Of a DNA stretch of 64,000 nt, positions 55,201 to 64,000 are shown one piece after another; positions within the stretch are counted from its first letter, which is position 1; each line of letters begins with the position of its first letter. The stretch spans positions 92,346,450 to 92,410,449 of the forward strand of contig JARDVH010000084.1 in NCBI GenBank assembly GCA_030324005.1. Direction: 5' to 3'. Made by a program: the position numbers and the translations under genes. The DNA comes from Negaprion brevirostris (taxonomy: Eukaryota). The notes below the pieces were generated by a model, which had not been told where the DNA came from, did not search any database, and was given only the letters and a program-made list of their open reading frames with translations.

Positions 55201-55395
55201 ATGAGTTTCGGGAAAGAAAATGATCTTGATAAATTTAGATTAATTTTGCGAAGATGTAACTGATAAGGTTATTGAATGTGTGCAAATTAATGTTTATATT
55301 TAATTTGAACCTTAAAAAGACTTTTGACAACGTAAAAATAAAATAGCGTGCGAAAGTAAAGCACATCAGATTGGCTGCATTGTCTCAAGATGAAT
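52260..55395 (+). mobile_element. Degraded CR1 retaining 5' part: ORF1 (zinc finger/coiled coil, esterase), endonuclease, start of RT
   Basis: MCRECLELHHLE ORF1; KCMGLNAGNFPSPDISHPGVLNEVPLEIIDAF; KKTFDNV. Confidence 0.8.
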
Positions 55396-55409
55396 AGGGA
55401 ACTGTTTAG

Positions 55410-55944
55410 CAGAAAAAAAGAACAGTACAGCACAGGAAACAGGCCCTTTGGCCCTCCAATCCTGTGCTGCTCGTTGGTCCAACTAGACCATCCGTTTCTA
55501 TCTCCCCATTCCCAGTCTGCTCATGCGACTATCCAGGTAAGTCTTAAACGATGCCAGCATGTCCGCCTCAACCACCCTACTTGGCAGTGCATTCCAGGCC
55601 CCCACCACTCTCTTTTTAAAATCATCCCTCTGACATCTGAGTTATACCTCGCCAATCTCACCTTCAGCCCGTGACCCCTCGTGATCATCACTTCCGAACG
55701 GGAAAAAGCTTCCCACTATTCATCCTATCTACACCCTTCATAATTTTGTACAACTCTATTAGGTCCCCCTCCTTCTCCGTCTTTCCAGGGAGAACAACCC
55801 CAGTTTACACAATCTCTCCTCATAGCTAACACCCTCCACACATAAGAACATAAGAAATAGGATCAGCAGTAGGCCATCTAGCCATTCGAGCCTGCCCCGC
55901 CATTCAATAAGATCATGGCTGATCTGAAGTGGATCAGTTCCACT
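55410..55944 (-). mobile_element. Two younger CR1 3' ends in tandem
   Basis: aaagaacagtacagcacaggaaacaggccc; acataagaacataagaaatagga. Confidence 0.9.
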
Positions 55945-56399
55945 NNNNNNNNNNNNNNNNNNNNNNNNNNNNNNNNNNNNNNNNNNNNNNNNNNNNNNNN
56001 NNNNNNNNNNNNNNNNNNNNNNNNNNNNNNNNNNNNNNNNNNNNTGGAATGCAGCTCTGTTCTATCACACTGGCTGTGTCAATGTTTTGCAACTTTGCCA
56101 TGCAGCTCCCTGTGCCGAGACATCATGGGCTGTTGTGGTTCAAGAAGGCAGCTCAGCGCTATGTCCTCAACGTCAATTACGGATGAACAATATTTTCTGG
56201 CCTGTCCGCAAAAATCTCATTCCTGAAATTTACGTTAAATAGTTGTTCCTAACAATCGGCTATCCACAGTTGCACACATTTTATTAATGCAATGTTCCAA
56301 TCGTCAGTAGGTTGTTCCACTTTAAATTGCCTAGGTCAGTTTCACAAAAAAAAATGACAGGCTGTCATAAATCTCCAAAAAGGAAAAAAAAAACGTGGC

Positions 56400-56805
56400 A
56401 GCTGGCATGAATACTAAAGTTGCCAAATGTAACTGGAATGTCCATGTCAATGGAAAGTGTTTCCATTCCGCCATTCTTAAAAAAATGCCAGGAAATAAGG
56501 GCAATTACCAGCGTTTTATGCCGTTTATCGAGGGAGCTGTGATGATTTGTGTATCGTCCATAACTGTAAGGTTTCATGTCAAAATGCATCAAGACTTGGA
56601 AGAGGTGGAAGCTTGGCTTCTTTCCTTGGGTTGATGCATTTCGACTCACCTGCTTCACTACATGAGGATTTGCGAACGGTACTTTTTTAAAACTCTAAAA
56701 CCGCAAGATTCTCGTTGCCTCCACTGCCTGGATGGTCGCCTCGTGGGACGAAGCTCTTTATTCTACTCAAAATTTAACTAATTACGCCAAGCTGGCACTC
56801 AACAT
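56400..56805 (-). pseudogene. Ferlin exons: N-terminal part of C2B (two exons separated by an 86-nt intron, 56564-56649)
   Basis: TIQAVEA..ANPHVV, donor CAG|GTGAGT, acceptor CCTTACAG|, then MDDTQIIT..GNCPYF vs otoferlin SITVIEAR..MDPVV..VGDDKKYT..TNCPYY. Confidence 0.7.
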
Positions 56806-57267
56806 CTGCACTCAAATGGACCCAATCACCGGAATCGTTCATCCGAAACGCAAATAAATGGATCATTGGCCTTCTCGAGTTGAGGTTTTGTTATTCCAGT
56901 TTTATTTATATAATCTCTTGAATGTATTTCTTTTGAAGTTGCTGTCAGCTGCTCAGTGCACAATATGCTTCCAGCAAGAGGTGACTACATTGGAAGAGGC
57001 CCCACAGAAGACGCTTCAATTATTGTTTCTGTGGAAGACATACTTTTCCGCAGGCTACTGTATAGTCCCAATGTGAGTGAGGACCATTCTTGGAGATTGT
57101 AAGCTCTGAGTGGCTGTGATTCTGAGAAATGCCAGCGACGCAGCCAAAATATACTAAATTGATTGCAAGGGAAACGTCACCTTACAGATAATAATTTATG
57201 AGTCAGTCCTTTCATCCTGAAGTCAAATTACGCTGCAAAAACAAATGCAATCTAGCTGCGGGAATTA

Positions 57268-57720
57268 CTCTTAAGTGGGGAATAAACCAAGCAACGATTC
57301 CATCCCAGGCACAGGGCAAAAATGAAGAATGCTGATCAGAATTTTATAATAATCTAAGTAGCTTCTCCAGACATAAGTCGCAGACTTGCAGCATTTATGG
57401 AGCCAAATTGGGAATCTGCGCACCTTCCAGTTGCCTGTTCCGGCAGGCTTCCGAACCCCGCTGGCGACGTTTAGTCTTCAGCACGCTGTTTATGCCTGCT
57501 AACATTTTATTGGCCAAAGAGTATGAAATAAACGTCTGGTTCCCATGACGGTTGGGGAACGATTAGGTATAAGCTTCAGATTTGGACGATTACTTCTGAA
57601 TACCTCGTTGAAAACTCAGCCGCATATTCTGTGGGGAGGCAATGACGCTATACATAGCGCATACCATAACATCGACAATAACACTGACGTAGACAGTTAA
57701 CTGTCTCAGATTTCGCTGTA
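57268..57720 (-). pseudogene. Ferlin exon: C2A domain (exon may start at the acceptor at 58246)
   Basis: QLTVYV...SFRGIQKSSKLIPNRSQPSWNQTFSYSLANKML (after removing 6 insertions)...RNRQLEGAQIP vs dysferlin C2A [33 protein letters not shown]...RNRFLGEAKVP. Confidence 0.8.
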
Positions 57721-60249
57721 TCTCAGCCAAGCATTTAAAGCTAAGAGGGCCAGCCCAGACGCTTTTACCGGATCATCTGCTGTTAATAAGAATGGTGCGT
57801 CTTTGTGTCATTTCTCCAAACACGAACAAGTGATATGCCCACACCTCTTCCGTTTTTGTCCGAAATCGTCCAAATATCTTAAAGTCTTGGAAGAAGTTTG
57901 CTCTTTGAATAGCACGGTCTCTTATCGGAGAGTAGTTCGAACAATCGCAAGATTGACGTTTTGACACTATTAGAAATGCAACGCCGGCAATCAATCAGAT
58001 TCGCAGGTTATGTGTTGGGCTGGACCTACTACGCCTGACAGTCAAAAGATCTGTCTTAGGGAAGTGCACCCACAGCCATTTTCTCTTGAGCGTGCCATCT
58101 CTGAATCTCGACCGGGTTTCTGCTCCTGGCTCTTCCACTGTATGTTAGCTCGGCGACTGATGATCTGCTAGCCATTGAATACATTCCGTTAAATCGATGG
58201 TGCATCCGTCTGCCCAGGTGGATGTGATAATTCAAAAGCATCATCTGGAAGAACTGAACAGCACACAATCTTAGTGCATAGCCTATCATTTAATTGTTAA
58301 TCAGCTAGGGGAAAAAAGCTGGCAATTGTCACATTGATATTCATAGAAGCTTCAGACTTGGATAATTGCTACTAAACATCCTAACATTACAACATATCCT
58401 GCGTCCTATAAGTTTAAATCGACTTGGCAATAGACAGCTTTCAATACTAGTATTGTATTGAGCCAGGAGCGAAAGGAAAGATTACCCCGCTTTTGATATT
58501 TGAATTAAAGGAGTGATTTTTGAGGGTCGAAAATGCTCAACAGATAAGATACTTTGGCAGGATTTTGGGAGAAAGTTTCTGATTTCCTCCAATTCCGATG
58601 TCAGACGTAACGCATCATTAAATGTGGATCATTGTGTTTAAGCATTGAACAAAATAGCATTATGCTTTAATAATCAATTAAATATGATCGCACTTCGAAT
58701 GCATGGCGTGTACGTTTGCACAATAGTGACGTTATTTTCGAAATTTCCCCAAAACCAAACTAATCCATAGGGTAGGTTAAAAAAATAGTTAGAACATCAT
58801 TCATTCTAACAACTGCAACACAATTATGTTCTGAGACGAAAAAAAATCAATAAATACAGGGAATAATTAAACTGAAAAAAGCGGATTGTCAACGTAAAAT
58901 GTTGTTTATTTGTTTCCTTCTGTATCCTCTTATTTTTGTAATTGACAATGTTAATTATCAAACTCTTATCGGAGAGTAAGTCGAAAGTATCGGGCGGGTG
59001 GTACAGAATTACAAGTTTGCTCCCGTTGGTTCAGCTGGTACAGGAAATGTATTTATTTTATAGACGAACATGCAAACAAACAATGAACACATGCACACAG
59101 TTACAACTGCGCATGCACATACTTACATCTTGTCGCCCATTAGGATTCTGTTTTCTCACTTACCGGTTGACGTTGACTCTCCTGCAGCGTTATAATTAAT
59201 TCGTTAATTATTTGGTATCAGAGGACATTTGGAACATTCGCTTAATGGTAATTCATCTGTATGTATGCATGTGTGTTTTTCGCTTGCGGGTATCTTAGAC
59301 ATTGACTTCATACACGCAAATTTCCTACGATACAGAACAGCCTACCTGCCCTTATTGAGATCTGAAAGACTGTTTCGAGCCACTGCAGGGTTCACAGGCA
59401 CTGACAATCGCTCAGCCACTACATTTAATAAGTATGCTTTTGATGATTATTATAGCAAATACTGTAAATGATCTGGAATTACACGGCGGGAAAATGGCCA
59501 AAAGTTGAATATTCTCCAATGCATACCTCAGTTTAGATTTTTGAATGTTAAATGATCCGTCCTGAAATTTAGGATCACGGCCTTCATCAACATTCATTGA
59601 ATGTTAATTCCAAAAATAAGGACGACATTGAATTTGGGTAGGTTTATGACCTTTCCACGTGAGCAATTTATTATTCAGTGAGTGTTCTAATTCTTTGAAA
59701 TATTGTTATGTATTTGTTCTTTATTTTGCGTTCTATAAAACTCACTACCATCAATATTTTGATTTAACAGCATGTTCAATATTTCCTTGAACAGATGTTG
59801 GATCTTTTTCTCCCGAAATGGAAGGTTTGACAGATGTGCTTGTACCTGAAAACAAATTTTAAATGCATGGTCAATGTTTGCTCTGCAATGGTCAAAGGCG
59901 GTTTTATGGCAATGTCGCTTCATCATTGATTAAGACCCACAAGCTGTGATCACAGTTTAAATCCCAGCAAAGTGCATGTTTGAATTTAAATGAAACCAGT
60001 AAAAGTGTTCGTTACTGTTTGAACAATGACGACCAAGGACGATTGGGTCAATGTGCTGTTTAATGGAAGCAAAATGTCTCCTTGTCGTCATTTCAACTAT
60101 CTGTGACGATAGAGTAATTGGAATATATACAACTCTGAATCCGCCTCTAAAATTGTTCAGCAAGCCTATCAGTTGAAACGAGCCACTAAGCAACGTAACA
60201 AAAAGGTAGTGAATTGAATATTGTGTATGGGAAAATGCATTTAAATTGT

Positions 60250-61360
60250 ATATTGCTGACATGCAATCTTCCCCTTTCGAAAATTTGCACACTTTTGCTA
60301 AAATGCGAGAGTTGGCCCATGTGAGGGAACATGTGCCAGAAGGAATTCAAGCCGGGAAATGCGAGGGGGTGCATTTTGGATGATTAAATTTAGGTCTGAA
60401 ATATACCGTAAATCGCAGAACCTACAGAGGGATCTGGGGTTACACGTCCCCAGTCCCGTGAAAGTGGCAACACAGCTTGCAAGCTGATAATATGAAGGGA
60501 TGTGACGTTCAAAGAATCATAGAAACCCTACTGAGCAGAAGTAGGCCGTTTGGCCCATCGAGTCTGCACCGACCACAATCCCTACCCCCATATCCCTATT
60601 TACCCGCTAATCTCTCTAATCTACGCACCTCAGGACTCTAAACGACATTTTTTAGCGTGGCCAATCAAGCTACTCCGCACATCTTTGAACCGTTTCCTGC
60701 GTCAGCTAGGGCACTGAGTTAAGGAATTTGGAAATCATGTTACAGCTATATAAAAGTTTAGCCAGCCCGCATTTTATTGCATTGCATGCAATTCCGGTCA
60801 TCAAACAACCAGAATGACGTGGTTACTTTGGATAGGCTGATCTCAAGATGTTGACAATGAGGAAAGATTGATTCAGCTAGGATTGCGTTCGCTCTAAAGG
60901 CAGAGGCAGGGGAGGCCTGATAGAGATTCANNNNNNNNNNNNNNNNNNNNNNNNNNNNNNNNNNNNNNNNNNNNNNNNNNNNNNNNNNNNNNNNNNNNNN
61001 NNNNNNNNNNNNNNNNNNNNNNNNNNNNNNCACAAACTTAAGGGAGACATAAGCAGGTTGGATTGTCAGATGCCTTTTCTGGGGTGGAAGTGTCAATTAC
61101 AAGGGGGCAAACCTTCAACCTGAGAGGGGAAAAGTTTACCAGAGATGTGCGGGGGTTGTTCTTCACGCAAAGAGTGGTGGGTGCCCTGAAAGCGCTGCCA
61201 GGACTTTGTGGAATCAGGAACATTGCTAACATTTAACAAGGGTCTGAATGGCTGCATGCACAGTGAATAAATGGCTTGATAGAGGCAGGGTAAGGGCAGA
61301 GGACCTTTCTCATTATTGGCAGAGGTTTAGACGGCTGAAGGGTCTGCTTTTGTTCTGTGC
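60250..61360 (+). mobile_element. CR1 3' portion with an antisense V-SINE fragment inserted (~60512-60690)
   Basis: WQKEFKPGKCEGVHFG-like; FFTQRVVGA; insert catagaaacccta..gcgtggccaatc..gcacatcttt. Confidence 0.8.
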
Positions 61361-61729
61361 TCTTTGTTCATTGTTTTTTGGTTCAAATTTGTAGCAGCTT
61401 TCATAAAATAGGCGAGGAAGGCTTGATAAATAGACATGTTTATTAAGAAGTGAGTCACTGTGCGCCTGAATTATTTCCTCCTGTTTCATAACTGCGCGCA
61501 TATTTTGGGGTGTCTTTGCGTTAGTGCAGACTTTGTTTACTTTATTCATCTTTCCTTTTCCATAGCCCTAGAAAATCAGTTTGCAATTACATATTTCATA
61601 ATGATTTGCGGACGCCTTCAGCGTTTTGAAATGTATCTAAGTACTTAAATATATATCCTGCAACGCATACTATATAATCTTCGTTATACCGAATTCTGCA
61701 AGACCACATTTAACCTCTATTTCTTTATG

Positions 61730-62760
61730 GTAATTCATAAGGCCTACTCCATACCCTGAAAATGTTATCGCTTGTTCCTGACGCTCAGCCAGAGGAAATG
61801 ACGACCTTGAATAAAATCTCTCCGAAGATATCAGGATGTTAGCTTTACAAACTAACTCAGACGATATCAGAATTGGGGATATTCATCGATGATTGGAATG
61901 TACAAAACCATTCCCAACCCCTCAGGTACTGAAGCAGTCCATGTTCAAATGTAACAAAGTTAAGACAATATCCAACTTGGACTGACAAGTGGCAACCATC
62001 ATGCGCAGCACAGAGGCACCAGGCAATGATCAGCACAAATGTGGGGCACACTAATCTTTTACCCCTAATATTCTGTGGTGCAACCATCACTGGACCCCCC
62101 ACTGCCAATGTCATTGGGGCTAGCATTGAACAGAAACTCAACTAGCCACGCCACGTAAGTACAGTGCCTACAAGACGTTTTAAGATTATAGGAGCACTGC
62201 GGCATGTAACTCACCATCGACACCCAATGTCTGTCCAACATCTAAAGGGCACTAATCAGGAATGTGCTCGAATAGTCCGAGGATGCCTGGTTGCATGCAA
62301 CTACAATAACACTCAATGAGGTTGGCACAATACAGCACAACAGAGCCGGCTTGACTGGTACTTTATCGAAAAGCATTTCCTCCCTTCCCCACCTATGATA
62401 ATTGGCCACAGCGTGTACTACCTACAAAATGCAGTTCAGAAACCCAACGAAATTAAAAAACAAATCCTTAAACAAAAACTCAAAGCCCCAGAACAAATAT
62501 ATCTAGAATGACAGGGGCACAGGTACAATGGAACACGACGAACTGATATCCCCCCTAGAAGTCACTCACCATCCTTACTTGAAATGTATCCTCTTCCTTC
62601 ACCAGACCTAAATCCAGGAATTCGCTTCCTAACGGAATTGTGGTTCAACCCACAACACGTGGACTATACCGATTCAAAAGGGCAGCTCACAACTGCTGAC
62701 TCAAAGGCATCAAATGAAAAGTCAATTTGGCCAACCAAATACGCCTATGCTGCAGATTAA
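61730..62760 (+). mobile_element. CR1/L2-group LINE, RT to 3' end
   Basis: GIFIDDW; WTDKWQ; VIGASIEQKLN; tail gattcaaaagggcagctcac. Confidence 0.75.
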
Positions 62761-62789
62761 ATTAGAGCATAATAATATTTCAGCTGAAA

Positions 62790-64000
62790 TTCGCATAAAA
62801 CACTGGGTGAATCCTTGCTGTGCAATTACTCGGACAATTCTATATTTTCTTCAATGAAAAGAACCGAACTGCACATAATATTCCAGTTATCACCTTAGAA
62901 AGTAGCTGAATCCTGCCATGAAATATTTTTACGCCTGTATTGAAATTCCTTGCGAATAATACATACAAGCAATTTGCCTCCCCTCCTCCGCCTCCCCCAC
63001 CGCCTTCCACCAACTTATTTGCAAGTGTACATGCGTTTGTTCATCGCCGAGTTTCCAAGGACACCTATGTCACTATGCACGACAACGGATATTGAGTCAT
63101 CACCGTTTAAACATAATTTTGCCATGATCTCCTTCTGATGTTGATCACGGTGATCCTTATTAACGTTAACTTGCTCCAGGAATGCATTTCTCCACTCTCT
63201 CAAATTGCCTGTACGACCTTGTAACATCATAACATCTTCATTGAACTCAAATTTCCACTATCCTCTCGTCAATTACGTTGCAGAATCAGATTTGTCTCCA
63301 TCATCCAAGGCAGTGTTGTTCATTGTGAATGTATACGTTCCAATCACTGATCCTCCTGAGAACACTTTGCTTACCGTCGGTTAGTCAGAGCAAGCTCACC
63401 GTATTTTCTACTATTTCCTCTTTGTCTGCGTAGCAATGTTCAATCCATGCATTAATTTCCCGAAATGCATACATTTTTGCACATGGACAGTTTATATGGC
63501 ATTTTATCAAAATCTTTGCATAGATCCAAGTACACCACAAACACCGCTTGATCCGTATCTACTAATCAAGCAACAACCAAACAAAAAAAAAACACTCGTA
63601 GGTATGTCAAACAAGATATGCAATTAATAATTATAAGCTTAAATTTGAATAATTCTATTTATATTTTCGAATGACATTGCTACAACGTCGTCAAAAAAAA
63701 CATCCCACACTTTGTCTACTATTAATTTTAGACAGGCCTATTTTTACCTTTATTTCATCCTAAGTCCCTTCTGAAGTTTGCAAAATTTCGTTTACAACCC
63801 GCTAATAAGCATGGACGATGTCCAAAACCCAGAGAGTTTCGTAGATGACAACCCGTCATATAGCTCCTTGACCAACTCCATCTTTAATATCCGATGTGGA
63901 TTTTTCGGCGTTCAGTCCGTTAGAGCCCTGGGACTTCAGGTTTTTCTTCCCTATGGTCCATCCAAAACTATTTTTCTTAGAAATGCGCATTCCTTCTGTT
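62790..64000 (-). mobile_element. Degraded CR1 RT region
   Basis: Antisense RT remnants (gtcatcaccgtttaa, cactgatcctcctgagaacac, gatccaagtacac). Confidence 0.6.

Larger units (their letters stand above)
5560..58246 (-). pseudogene. Multi-exon ferlin-family gene (otoferlin/dysferlin-like, no DysF); reading frame disrupted by many short insertions (pseudogene or cryptogene)
   Basis: More than 20 minus-strand segments, many bounded by AG/GT, give ferlin motifs in the correct order: C2A, C2B (GNCPYF), FerB (IPDIYIWML...IRSKNLFKS), C2D (YLYKAH), C2DE (VECA), IGNRFQ|, C2E (MSDPFVML), C2F (FNW), ERPIGQG, TM. Manual translation with frameshifts; outer limits approximate. Confidence 0.85.

Overview
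Vertebrate, repeat-rich genomic scaffold with many N gaps. Abundant CR1 LINEs, V-SINE/HE1-like and Deu-like SINEs and Penelope-type hairpins point to a cartilaginous fish (inference). The ORF track shows no intact gene. Manual reading of the minus strand instead reveals a nearly complete, collinear multi-exon ferlin-family gene (~5.6-58.2 kb; C2A, C2B, end of C2C, FerA, FerB, C2D, C2DE, C2E, C2F, C-terminal TM; no DysF). Many of its GT/AG splice signals are canonical, and several sit at intron positions homologous to known ferlins. Its exons are peppered with 1-7 nt insertions. In three segments aligned by hand, removing 19 insertions and adding no bases restores gapless matches to dysferlin/otoferlin motifs, whereas a neighbouring transposon fossil decays mostly by substitution. 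Most of the window also lacks normal vertebrate CpG depletion, except a ~4.5 kb block at 47.7-52.1 kb. All alignments were made by eye against reference proteins recalled from memory and need computational confirmation.
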